64,000 nucleotides of DNA. Origin: Eledone cirrhosa. Lineage: Eukaryota. This document shows, piece after piece, positions 25,403 through 37,215 of the stretch; positions within the stretch are counted from its first letter, which is position 1; the number at the start of each line of letters is the position of its first letter. The notes under the pieces are model-generated. The model was not told the origin of the DNA. It worked only from the letters and a program-made list of their open reading frames with translations, and ran no database searches. The DNA lies in contig OZ024741.1 in assembly GCA_964016885.1 (NCBI GenBank), forward strand, positions 111,228,001-111,292,000. Reading direction: 5' to 3'. The translations under genes were made by a program, and so were the position numbers.

Positions 25403-26815
25403 ATCATCATCATCATCATCATTGTTTAAAGTCCATCTTCCATGCTAGCATGGGTTAGATGGGTTTGTCCGATTTGAGGCAAGTTGGGTTGGGTGACCGT
25501 GTCTCACTCATATAGAACTGTTTCTGGCTGGTTTTCTATGGCTGGATGCCCTTCATAGTGCCAACCACATTTACAGTGTGTGCTGGGTGCTTTTTACTGT
25601 GTCTCCTACATGATCACTTTACAGTGTGGACTGGATGTTCTGTGGTACCAACATAACTTTACAGAGATAGGGTGGTGTGGGTGGAAGTGGGAGGATTGAG
25701 TAGGGGTAGTGGGTTGGGGTGTTTATTTGGTTAAGAGGTGCCTACTGACTGTAGGTTTAACTTCATATCTAAAGGAAGGCGGGTCTGTATTATTGCGTAG
25801 CACCAAAGGTCTCAATCCAGAGACATTGTCTTAGAGAGGTGTAAGTGTGCAAGGTCAGATTTTATCCTGTCATCCCAGGTTTTTATGGGCCTACCTACTC
25901 CATAGCTTCCATCAATTTCGATTGCCCTGCACCTTTTTATACAGCTGTCATCTTTCATGTGCATCACATGACCATACAAAAGTAATCTCTCAAGTAAACT
26001 GTATCTGATCCTTTATTCCTAATTTCTCACTTAGTTCATTTGTGTATATTACTATTACACATCCAATGGAGCATGTATGCTTCGTTCCTTTCCAATCTGC
26101 GCAGGTCTTCTGCACACAATATATACATATCATCATCATCATCATCATCATCATCATCGTTTAACGTCCATGTTCCACGCTTGCATGGGTTTGGACGGGA
26201 GTTTTCCCACTTGAGGCAAGAGTGGTTGTCTTGCTCGCATAGGACTGTCTGGCGGGTTTTCTACAGTTGGATGCCCTTCCTAACACCAACCACATTTACA
26301 GTGTGGGGCTGGGAGGTTTTTACCGTGTTGCCTACACGGCCACATTACAGCGTGGACTGTCTGGTGGGTTTTCTACAGCTGGATGCCCTTCCTAACACCA
26401 ACCACATTTACAGTGTGGGACTGGGAGGTTTTTACCGTGTTGCCTACACGGCCACATTACAGCGTGGACTGTGTGTGTTTTTTTTTTGTCATGACACCTA
26501 CATGATCTCATATGTTTCGGCCTGGATGTTGTGGCACCAACATAACTTTACATTGAAAGGGGCGGTGTGGATGGGGTGGGGGTGGTGGGACGGGGGTATA
26601 TTTTGTTAGAGATGCCTGTTGACTGTAGTAGGTTTTACTTTGTATTTAGGTAAGGCGGGTCTTCTCTATTACTGAATACCGCCAAAGGTCTCGGTCCAGT
26701 GACATTGTCTTGGAGAGGTGTAAGTGTGTGAGGTCGGAATTTATCATCTCGTCCCAGGTTTTTCTGGGTCTGCCTACTCCGTGGCTACCATCTATCTTTA
26801 TTGCCCTGCACTTTG
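25403..26815 (-). mobile_element. Two tandem RTE LINE 3' fragments
   Basis: (CAT)n tails at 25404-25422 and 26128-26157. Shared 3' UTR and coding remnants ([21 protein letters not shown]). Confidence 0.85.
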
Positions 26816-26834
26816 CTATATATATATATATTTG

Positions 26835-26933
<99 letters not shown>

Positions 26934-27039
26934 GAACGGGTAAAAATCCCTATCTAGGGCGGGTAAAAAATGGACGTGTTCTCTCCAGTGGTCTCTGTAT
27001 ACACACACATATATATATATATATATATACATATACATA

Positions 27040-27040
<1 letters not shown>

Positions 27041-27072
<32 letters not shown>

Positions 27073-27390
27073 TTTACGCCCGCTTTTCCCTGCTTGCAAG
27101 GAAGGGACAGGAACTGATTCTGGCTTGATTACTACAGCTGGATACTCTTCCTAACACCAACCTCATTTACAGTGAGTGCTGGGTGCTTTTTTGCTGTGGC
27201 ACCTACACGTCCACTTTGCAGTGGAATGATAGGGACCCCAGTCCTATTATCTCATTTCTACAGCTGAGTAAACTGGAGCAATGTCAAATAAAGTGTTTTG
27301 CTCAAGGAAACAACACATCACCCGGCCTGAGAATTGAACTCACAACTTTTCGATTGCAAGGCCAATGCTCTAACCACTAAGCCATGTGCC
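27041..27390 (-). mobile_element. tRNA-derived SINE, family B (RTE-like 3' tail)
   Basis: Head GGCACATGGCTTAGTGGTTAGAGC..GAGTTCAATTC; tail GCAAGCAGGGAAAAGCGG..(GAT)n. Confidence 0.82.
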
Positions 27391-27515
27391 TCCATTATAT
27401 GATTCCAGTTCCTCAGAGAAATAACAACACAACCAGCAGCTGGACATATCAATGGATTGACAGAGTAAAACACACTTCAACAACATGTGTACCTGTCTTT
27501 TCCACACCAATTCGG

Positions 27516-27570
27516 ACTGCCTGAAGAGGTCAGAGCCAATGATGGCTGTCACCGAAATATATATAACAGT
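27516..27570 (+). ncRNA. Minimal type-I hammerhead ribozyme motif in an ORF-less segment (~27393-27710)
   Basis: ACTGC-CTGAAGA-GGT..AGCCA(ATGA)TGGCT..ACC-GAAA-TATATA-TA-ACAGT. Stem I is 4 bp plus one C.A mismatch; predicted AUA cleavage after 27565. Confidence 0.72.
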
Positions 27571-27712
27571 ATATCTATAATTAATAATAAAGCCAAATTT
27601 TACATATATGACTTAATTATTTTACATTATTCCAGAGTAAACAAACCAACCGGCGTACTTCGTCGAGTGCTCAAATCTGCATATTGAAGTGTCGGTAAAC
27701 AACCAATATATA

Positions 27713-29150
27713 CACCTCCACGACCAGGAGGTCAGGTACTCTGTATTACTGCATGATGCCAGAGGTCACGGTCGTGTGTCATCGCCTTTAAGAGGTGTAA
27801 TTGGGTAAGGTCGGCTTTTATCACCTCATCCCAGGTCTTCTTGGGTCTCCCCACTCCGCAGTTTCGATTGACTTCTTGAGCTCTGCACCTTTTTATGCAG
27901 CTGTTATCCTTCATGCGCATCACATGTCCATACCAACGCAACCGCCTCTCCTGCACACAGCATTTGATTCCTCTTATGCTCAGTCTCTCTCTCAATTCAT
28001 TTATGCTTTGCCGTTCGCATATATTACTATTAGACATCCATCGGAGCATGCAAGCTTTGTTTCTTTCTAATCTACGTAAGTCTTCCACCTTCAGCGCCCA
28101 AGTCTCACTACTATGTAACATTGCTGTTCGGATACACGCACCATAGTCTGCCTTTCATTTTGAGGGAGAAGCTTTTTGCAGCTAGCAGTGGCAGTAGTTC
28201 CCTGAACTTCTTCCATCCCGTTCTTACCCTAGTTATTGTACTTTCTGAATACCCACCTCTGCTGCTAATTCGGTCCTAGGTAGCAGAAGCTGTCTATTGT
28301 TTCTACAGAGCCCTCCCAGAGATTGGAGGTACTTGTTTCCTGTGGTTGTTTGCTGCTTGCTGTCCCAGCACAGCTGCTACATGTGAAGACTACATTCTTA
28401 ATTAAGCTTCCTGAGATCCTGCTACATCTCTTGTGTACCCATTGTTTGCATTTGGGGCAGAGAATGGAGTTCCTACCTACACCTTTCCTACATACTGAGC
28501 AAGGCCATTTCCCTGAGGGGATCTGAGTTCTATTTTCTCGTCTACTTACAAGGACCTTAGTCTTTGTCAGGTTGACTTTGAGACCCTTTCTTTCTAGTCC
28601 TTGCTTCCAAGTTTGGAATTTCTTCTCTAGTTCTACCATAGATTCAGCTATAAGTGTGAGGTCATCTGCATACAGGAGTTCCCATGGGAATCCGGTCTTA
28701 AACTCCTCCGTTATTGCCTGCAGGACTATGATGAACAGGAGAGGGCTAAGAACAGAGCCCCGGTGGACACCAACCTGTACGCTAAATTCCTCGTTATACT
28801 CATTGCCAATCCTAACTTTGCTGACTGCTCCCCTATACATGGCTTGTACAGCTTTCACAAGCCATTCATCTACTCCTAGTTTTCTAAGAGCCCACCAGAT
28901 TATAGCACGTGGAACTCTGTCAAAGGCTTTCCCGAGATCGACGAATGCCAGGTAGAGTCGCTTACTTTTAGCTAGGTACTTTTCCTGTAACTGCCTCACA
29001 AGGAAGAGGGCATCAGTGGTGCCTCTTCCTGGTACAAACCCAAATTGCATCTCATCTAGTTTCACCTGGTCCCTAATCAACTGTGCTATAACTCTTTCTG
29101 TTACTTTCATGACCTGGTCCATCAGCTTTAGACCTCTATAGTTTCATCTA
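27713..29150 (-). mobile_element. RTE LINE fragment (RT domain)
   Basis: ORF 28265-29122 with FVDL.KAFDRV, GVHRGSVLSP and LLYADD; ORF 27732-28121. Confidence 0.93.
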
Positions 29151-29298
29151 TCTAGTGCATCATATATATACATATACATATATATATATATATATATATA
29201 CATATACATACACATATATATATACATACATATACATACACATACACATATATACATACACATACACATATATACATACATACATATATATATATGAA

Positions 29299-29631
29299 GG
29301 CATATGGCTTAGAGCATTGGCCTTGCAATCGAAAGATTGTGAGTTCAATTCTCAGACCGGGTAATGTATTGTTTCCTTGAGCAAGACACTTTATTTCACA
29401 TTGCTCCAGTTTACTCAGCTGTAGAAATGAGATGATAGGGACTGGGGTCCATATCATTCCACTGTAAAGTGGTCGTGGAGGTGCCACGGCAAAAAAGCAC
29501 CCAGCACTCACTGTAAATGAGGTTGGTGTTAGGAAGGGCATCCAGCTGTAGAAATGAAGCCAGAATCAGTTCCCGTCCCACCCTTGCAAGCAGGGAAAAG
29601 CGGACGTAAAATGAAATGATGATGATGATGA
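29299..29631 (+). mobile_element. SINE family B
   Basis: tRNA-like head with a small deletion, TTTCCTTGAGCAAGACACTT core, (GAT)n tail; lies within (TA)n. Confidence 0.82.
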
Positions 29632-29644
29632 TATATATATATAT

Positions 29645-29977
29645 ATATATTAGTAAAAGGAAAAGAAAATGCTGACAAATTTTTCCCAGTGAAAAATAGT
29701 TTAATTAGGAATAAGTAAAAATTAGTAATAAGTATTGGTTAGTATTCAGTTTTAGTTTTAAACATCATGGGCGCTCTATCTCAAAATTATTTTTGAAAAG
29801 CATTAGAAATGCGCAACCGGTAAAAATTTAAAACTAAAACTGAATACGAACCAATACTTATTACTAATTTTTACTTATTCCTAATTAAACTATTTTTCAC
29901 TGGGAAAAATTTGTCAGCATTTTCTTTTCCTTTTACTAATATATCACAACTCGTGTGTTACACCTCTATTCTTTTAA

Positions 29978-29978
<1 letters not shown>
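29645..29978 (+). mobile_element. Fold-back mini-element, probable PLE pseudo-LTR remnant, with a hammerhead-like motif in the loop
   Basis: Inverted arms 29645-29762 and 29827-29944 (one mismatch seen). Loop contains TTGAAAA-GCATT(AGA)AATGC-GCAA-CCGG-TA. Short unique tail, then TA/CA repeats. Confidence 0.7.
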
Positions 29979-30030
<52 letters not shown>

Positions 30031-30970
30031 TTGTTGTAATAATATTGCCAGAAATAATAACAGAACACACTCACTGTTTGGTTGGTTTTTGCTTCTGTAT
30101 CCTTTATATCTCCACAGTTAATTCATTTGGTCCTCAATGTTTATCATTGACTGACCAACGGTCAAAAATACAGATATAATATAGATATAAACACATATAT
30201 ATAGTCTAATAATAAACACATATATATAAGTTCTTTCATTGCACATCTGCAACATCATCAGTGGTACCATTATGCTCCTCCTGTTGTATTGTATGTCTCA
30301 GCCATTTTTATTTTATCTGATTATTTATTTATTTATTTTTGTATTCTTCTCTGCGCATGCGTTTGCATGTGTGTATAGTGTTTGGTGTGTGTTTGTGTTT
30401 GGGTGACTGTGTTTTGGTTATTGTATTCTATCTTAGTTTACTAGTGTGTGTTTATATGTGTTTGTTGTTATTGTGCTTGTGTATATATTTATTTATTTAT
30501 TTATATTTCTCTTAAGTCAGTATTGTTTGTTTGGGTGTTGTTGTTATTCCATTCATTTTTTCTGTTTAGCTTTGGCCTTCTAAGCTCTATTTTGCTTGCC
30601 TCTCTGATTTGCCTATCTGCTGGGTCATTTCTATGTTTAGATATTATTTTAATTTCTATGTTGTCTATGTTACCGTCATGTTGTTGTCTGGCGTGTTCGT
30701 ATAGAACCGAACCCTTTTTTCGTCCTTTTAATTCCCCCCAGTGTTGGTCTATCCTTTCTCCTATGCTGTATATATATATATATATAAACATTGAGGACCA
30801 AATGAATTAACTGTGGAGATATAAGGGATACAGAAGCGAAAACCAACCAAACAGTGAGTGTGTTCTGTTATTATTTCTGGCAATATTATTACAACAATAT
30901 GACCCTCCCCAAGTATAACAATATTTGTTTCGACACATTCGATTTCATATCAAAAACCTCGGAAAACAAA
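30031..30970 (-). mobile_element. Penelope-like element 3' fragment with inverted terminal copy
   Basis: GIY-YIG C-terminus SIGERIDQH..SVLYEH..H..RQIREA..PKLNRKNEW (30501-30770). 30031-30153 is repeated inverted at about 30785-30898. Degenerate hammerhead core CTGATGA-T-GTTGCA(GATG)TGCAAT-GAAA at 30228-30266 (-), with no stem I. Confidence 0.8.
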
Positions 30971-30991
30971 TATATACACATACATATATAT

Positions 30992-31058
<67 letters not shown>

Positions 31059-31410
31059 CGAATACAGAAGACCCGACCCCCCACGGGTACAAGCTGAAGC
31101 ATATAGACAATATGCCTGCACCCCTCCCACTGCAAAGTGCTCGTGGAGGTGCCACGACAAAAAAGCACCCAGCCCACACTGTAGAGTGGACGTGTAGGCG
31201 CCATGGAAAAAAGCACCCAGCACTCACTGTAAATGAGGTTGGTGTTAGGAAGGGCATCCAGCTGTAAAAATCAAGCCAGAATCAGTTCCCGTATAAGCAA
31301 GACATGGTCAGCCGACCGGCAACTGCCCACAACAGGACAACCTGTCTAACCCATGCTAGCGTGGAAGAACGGACGTAAAACACTGATGATGATGATTATA
31401 TATATATATA

Positions 31411-32491
31411 TGTAGTGGGATCACAGGTAAGCTAACTAAGAACATAGATTTTACATGTGGCCGGTGTTCTGGTGCAATAAGTAGCAGCAAGTGCCCACAC
31501 AATACTAGCTCTTTCAATTGCGCAGAGGGTTCTATAGAAATAGTGGACAGCTTCCGTTACCTGGGCGATAAAATCAGCAGTGGGGGAGGGTGCTCTGAAA
31601 GTACTGTAGCTAGAGTCAGAACTGGTTGGAAAAAGTTCAGAGAGCTTATACCACTATTAGCTGCTAAAGGGTTCTCCCTAAAAATGAAAGGCAGGTTGTA
31701 CGATGCCTGCATACGAACAGCAATGTTGCATGGCAGTGAGACCTGGGCATTGTGTGCAGAGGATATACGCAGACTAGAGAGGAACGAAGCTTGCATGCTC
31801 CGCTGGATGTGTAACAGTAATATACGTGAACGGCAAAGCATAAACGAACTAAGGAAAAAATTAGAGATAAGAGGGATCAGATGTTGTTTACTCGAGAGAA
31901 GGCTACGTTGGTATGGACACGTGATGCGCATGAAAGTCGATAGCTGTATAACAAAGTGCAGGGCAATAAAGATAGACGGTAGCCACGGAATAGGCAGACC
32001 TAGAAAAACCTGGGACGAGCTGATAAACTCCGACCTCACACACTTACACCTCTCCAAGACAATGTCACTGGACCGAGACCTTTGGCGGTACTCAGTAACA
32101 GAGAAGACCCGCCTTGCCAGTAGGCATCTCTAACAAAATACACCCCGTCCCACCACCACCACCCCCACCCCATCCACACCACCCCGTCCTATGTAAAGTT
32201 ATGTTGGTGCCGCGCCATCCGGGCCGAAACAAATGAGATCGTGTAGGTGTCACGACAAAAAAACACACAGTCCACGCTGTAATGTGGCCGTGTAGGCAAC
32301 ACGGTAAAAACCTCCCAGACCCACACTGTAAATGTGGTTGGTGTTAGGAAGGGCATCCAACTGTAGAAAACCTGCCAGACAGTCCTATGCGAGCAAGACA
32401 ATCACTCTTGCCTCAAGTGGGACTACCCCCGTCCAAACCCATGCAAGCGTGGAACACGGACGTTAAACGTTGATGATGATGATGATGATGA
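31411..32491 (+). mobile_element. RTE LINE 3' fragment
   Basis: ORF 31543-32133 ([19 protein letters not shown]), 3' UTR and (GAT)n tail. Confidence 0.92.
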
Positions 32492-32527
32492 TATATATAT
32501 TTATATACATACATATATATATATGAA

Positions 32528-32870
32528 GGCACATGGCTTAGTGGTTAGAGCATTGGGCTTGCAATCGAAAGGTTGTGAGTTCAATTCTCAGACTGGGTGA
32601 TGTGTTGTTTCCTTGAGCAAGACACTTTATTTCACATTGCTCCAGTTTACTCAGCTGTAGAAATGAGTTGATAGGGAACCCAGTCCTTATCATTCCACTG
32701 CAAAGTGGTCGTGGAGGTGCCACGGCAAAAAAGCACCCAGCACTCACTGTAAATGAGGTTGTTGTTAGGAAGGGCATCCAACTGTAGAAATCAAGCCAGA
32801 ATCAGTTCCCGTCCTACCCTTGCAAGCAGGGAAAAGCGGACGTAAAATGAAATGATGATGAAATGATGAT
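32528..32870 (+). mobile_element. SINE family B
   Basis: Full head with A box TGGCTTAGTGG and B box GAGTTCAATTC; RTE-like tail. Confidence 0.85.
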
Positions 32871-33215
32871 ATATATATATATATCTATATCCAAAATTAA
32901 GATAAATCAAATGAATTTAATCTAAATCAAAATTATGATTATTCATGTTTATTTATATGTTAATCAATTTCTAGTTATTATATATATATATTTCGTTTCT
33001 GAATTTGTTTAGCAAGATTCTTTATCTGAAATCGTATGTTGAAACCGATATTGTTATACTTTGGGAGGGTCATGTTGCCAATAAGAAACACACGCACCAG
33101 TTGCTTTCACTTCAATTTATTATATATTTATAAATTCATAAATTTACAAATTTACAAACTTATAAATTTCTGGTTGGTTGGTTGGTTCCACAACCAGATA
33201 GTTGTTTATATATAT

Positions 33216-33260
33216 AGTCATAGTCCTTTCGTCACACACTCTGTGACCTCTTCAGTGACT
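33216..33260 (-). ncRNA. Minimal type-I hammerhead ribozyme motif (mirror copy)
   Basis: Exact reverse complement of 35075-35119. Confidence 0.78.
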
Positions 33261-35074
33261 GGGGATTCCTTTCTTCGTTTCTGTGCCTTTCCTTTCTTCT
33301 ATCCTACGCCATTTTGTTTCTGTGTGTGTGTTGTGTGCTCAGTTTGCGCATGCGCCACATCCGGGTGTCTGTGTGTGTTTGTGTTCATTTTTTATTTTTC
33401 TATTTATATTTTTCTATTTGTTTATTTATTTATTTATTTATTGTTGGTTGGTTGTTTGTTCTATGTGTGTGTGTGTTTTCATTTTGTCCTGTGTGTGTTT
33501 TCATTTTGTGTGTGTTTTCAATTGTAAGTTGTTTGTTCTATGTGTGTGTGTGTTTTCATTTTGTCCTTAATTGTAAGTTGTGATGTTGCTGTTCCATTTT
33601 TCATATTTTCTATTTAATTTTGGTTTTAATTCTTTTATGCTTACTGCCTCTGTAATTTGCCTAAACATTGCGTCTTTTCTGTGTGTGGATTCTATTTTTA
33701 TTTCTATGCTCTCTAATCTACCCCTGTGTTCTATCTTAGCATGTTGGTAGAGCACAGATGATTCTTTATTATCTTGGAGGTCTCGCCAGTGTTCATTTAT
33801 TCGTTCCCCTATACTACGAGCTGTCTCACCTATGTACACTATATTTTTGTTTCTACATTGTCCTTCAGTACATCTTATGCTATACACTGCATTTCTAGTT
33901 TTACAGTTAATATGGGGGCTTATTTTACAGGTTATACACTTCTTATCTATACATGAGGGTCTTTGGAACGGGTATGTCTTGCTAATAAGTGTTTTTACGG
34001 AGGTACCAGGTCTTTCTACTATCTTAATATTGAGATTATGTTTATTTAGGGCCCTTCTAAATTTGTAGGCTAGTTCGCCTCTAGGGGTTGTATTGATGAA
34101 CATTACACTCTGGTATTTATTGCTATCATACCATGAGTTTATTCTATAGAATAAACTCATGGTATGATAGTTTATGGTATGAGTTTATTCTATAGAATAA
34201 ACTCATGGTATGATAGCAATAAATACCAGAGTGTAATGTTCATCAATACAACCCCTAGAGGCGAACTAGCCTACACATTTAGAAGGGCCCTAAATAAACA
34301 TAATCTCAATATTAAGATAGTAGAAAGACCTGGTACCTCCGTAAAAACACTTATTAGCAAGACATACCCGTTCCAAAGACCCTCATGTATAGATAAGAAG
34401 TGTATAACCTGTAAAATAAGCCCCCATATTAACTGTAAAACTAGAAATGCAGTGTATAGCATAAGATGTACTGAAGGACAATGTAGAAACAAAAATATAG
34501 TGTACATAGGTGAGACAGCTCGTAGTATAGGGGAACGAATAAATGAACACTGGCGAGACCTCCAAGATAATAAAGAATCATCTGTGCTCTACCAACATGC
34601 TAAGATAGAACACAGGGGTAGATTAGAGAGCATAGAAATAAAAATAGAATCCACACACAGAAAAGACGCAATGTTTAGGCAAATTACAGAGGCAGTAAGC
34701 ATAAAAGAATTAAAACCAAAATTAAATAGAAAATATGAAAAATGGAACAGCAACATCACAACTTACAATTAAGGACAAAATGAAAACACACACACACATA
34801 GAACAAACAACTTACAATTGAAAACACACACAAAATGAAAACACACACAGGACAAAATGAAAACACACACACACATAGAACAAACAACCAACCAACAATA
34901 AATAAATAAATAAACAAATAGAAAAATATAAATAGAAAAATAAAAAATGAACACAAACACACACAGACACCCGGATGTGGCGCATGCGCAAACTGAGCAC
35001 ACAACACACACACAGAAACAAAATGGCGTAGGATAGAAGAAAGGAAAGGCACAGAAACGAAGAAAGGAATCCCC

Positions 35075-35119
35075 AGTCACTGAAGAGGTCACAGAGTGTG
35101 TGACGAAAGGACTATGACT
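35075..35119 (+). ncRNA. Minimal type-I hammerhead ribozyme motif
   Basis: AGTCA-CTGAAGA-G-GTCACA(GAGTG)TGTGAC-GAAA-GGAC-TA-TGACT. Perfect 5-bp stem I and 6-bp stem II; predicted CUA cleavage after 35114. Confidence 0.8.
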
Positions 35120-35332
35120 ATATATATAAACAACTATCTGGTTGTGGAACCAACCAACCAACCAGAAATTTATAAGTTTGTAAATTTGTAAATTTATGAA
35201 TTTATAAATATATAATAAATTGAAGTGAAAGCAACTGGTGCGTGTGTTTCTTATTGGCAACATGACCCTCCCAAAGTATAACAATATATATATATATTTA
35301 TATTTATATACATACATATATATATATATATT

Positions 35333-35376
<44 letters not shown>

Positions 35377-35428
35377 CATACATATATATATACATATATA
35401 TATATATTTATATACATATATATATATA

Positions 35429-37215
35429 TCTTCTTTTCTTGGTTGTCCATCGTGAACGATGATGACATCTCCTTTATTTTAGTTCCCGTCTGCCGTGGGC
35501 ACGAAGGTGACTGTGGAGGCCGATCCTTGACTTGCAGGTCCGGGGACAATGGGGGCAAGGGAAGAGACCGGAGTCGCTTGGGGCAGCTGTTGATGCCTTT
35601 CTCCTCCTTTCAGGGGCCTCAGTGACCTCTGCCCGTCTCTTCTCATCAAATGAGACCTTGGCGCATCTGGTAAGGGCTCGCCACTCAGTGCTGTCCTGAG
35701 CATGGGACTTGAGTTTGTGATTCCAGTGTTGTTGATACTGGACTTCACGCAGTCTTTGAACCTCTTGAGAGGCCTGCTCCGCTTTCGTTTGCTCGAACAG
35801 AGTGCCCCATACATCAGTTGCTTCGGAAGCCTGTGATCGTCCATCCGGATGACATGCCCCACCCATCGAAGTCGGCTCTTCAATATCATAGCTTAAACAC
35901 TGGTTGTCTCAGCCATGTCAAGAACTGCATGGTCCTTGTCTTGGCCGTCAGGCACCGCAGGTCAAACAGGGAGCCCTCCAGTCTGTATCGCAGATACACT
36001 CCATGCTCGAGGTCCCTGACGGCATGATTGAACATGCAGGTGAAGAACAAGTTGAAGAGGACGGGAGCCAGCACGCATCCTTGATTGATGCCGTTGGTGA
36101 TTCCGAACGGCTCCAATGCCTCTCCGCCTGTTGTCATGGAATTGCCGTATCAGGCAAACTTCGTCAGGATCAACCAGAGGGCCTCCCTGTTGACAGTGTC
36201 GAAGGCCTTCATCAAGTCTATGAAGACGGCAAAGAGATCCATGTTCTGCTCGACACACTTCTCCTGCACCTGGCGTACAGAGAAGATCATGTCAATCGTG
36301 CTGTGGTTTGGGCAGAACCCACACTGGGCCTCAGGCAGGTTGTCCTCCGAGATGTTGGCGATGAGGTGGTTGAGCATGACCCGAGCCAGGACCTTCCCAG
36401 CAATGGACAGGAGAGAAATGCCCCGATAGTTGCCACAGTCAGTTTTGCTGCCTTTGTTCTTAAAAAGCGAGACAACTGTGGCATCCCTGAAGTCTTTGGG
36501 CACCTCTTCTTCCTTCCATATGCTGACGAGGAGGGTGTGGAAGGCCCCCAGGGCAGCTGGACTGGGCGACTTGAAGATCTCGGCAGGAATCCTGTCCTTC
36601 CCAGGGGCCTTTCCTGAGCTGGTCTGGTTGATTGCCGTCGTGACTTCATCCAATGTGTGTGTGTGTGGGGGGGGGGGGTCGAGGCTCCCGACTATGGGCT
36701 TCTGTGGGACCTGGTCGAGGGCGGCAGGGTCGACAGTGGAGGGCTTGTTGAGCAGGTTGCTGAAGTGCTCTCTCCACCTCGAGTTGATGCTGCTCTTCTC
36801 CTTCAGTAGGATCGAGCCGTCAGCAGACAGCAGCGGTGTGGTGACAGGCTTGGGGGGTCCGTAGGCGTCCCCTATGGCGCTAAAGAACATCTTGGAGTTC
36901 TTTGTGTCACCGTATCTCTCGACTTCTTCGCCCTTCTTTTCCCACCACTTGTCCTGCATTCTGCATAGCGCTGTTTGGGTCTGCCTCTGGAGGTGCTTGA
37001 AGCGGTTGCGCTTCGAGGTGGAGGATCTGTCATTCTGCCAGTCAATGAAAGCCCTCCTCTTCTCGTCCAGGAGTTGTCTGATACGCTCATCGTTTTCATC
37101 AAACCAGTCATGGTGGACTCTCTTCCTCGGCCCGATTGTTGCCTTGGCTGACTCTGTCACCAGTGACCGGAACTGGTCCCACTGTTGAGTTGGGGGTCCG
37201 GTCAGTGGTCCATGG
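35429..37215 (-). mobile_element. BovB-like RTE LINE, GC-rich, internally deleted
   Basis: DWFDEND..GKAPGKD.IPAE..NYRGISLLSIAGK..QCGF..FIDL.KAFD; GINQGCVLAP; RLRWVGHV..RLPK; C-terminal CPHC..IGLHSH.RAH zinc finger; (AAG)-like tail. Confidence 0.9.

Larger units (their letters stand above)
32990..35287. mobile_element. Head-to-head palindromic duplication of a 5'-truncated Penelope-like element (GIY-YIG)
   Basis: Arms 33048-34160 and 34179-35287. Mirror ORFs 33567-34160 (-) and 34164-34772 (+) encode C..C..C..AVY.I.C..C..YIGETARS..ER..EH..RQITEAV..LN.KYE. Flanked by (TA)n. Confidence 0.92.

Noticed and set aside
32528-32600. tRNA gene
   Set aside because: A/B boxes are present, but the acceptor stem does not close and the sequence runs into a SINE body repeated many times in the window.
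34164-34772. Stand-alone GIY-YIG nuclease gene pair
   Set aside because: The start codons derive from the fold-back junction; the ORF is the truncated C-terminus of a PLE polyprotein.
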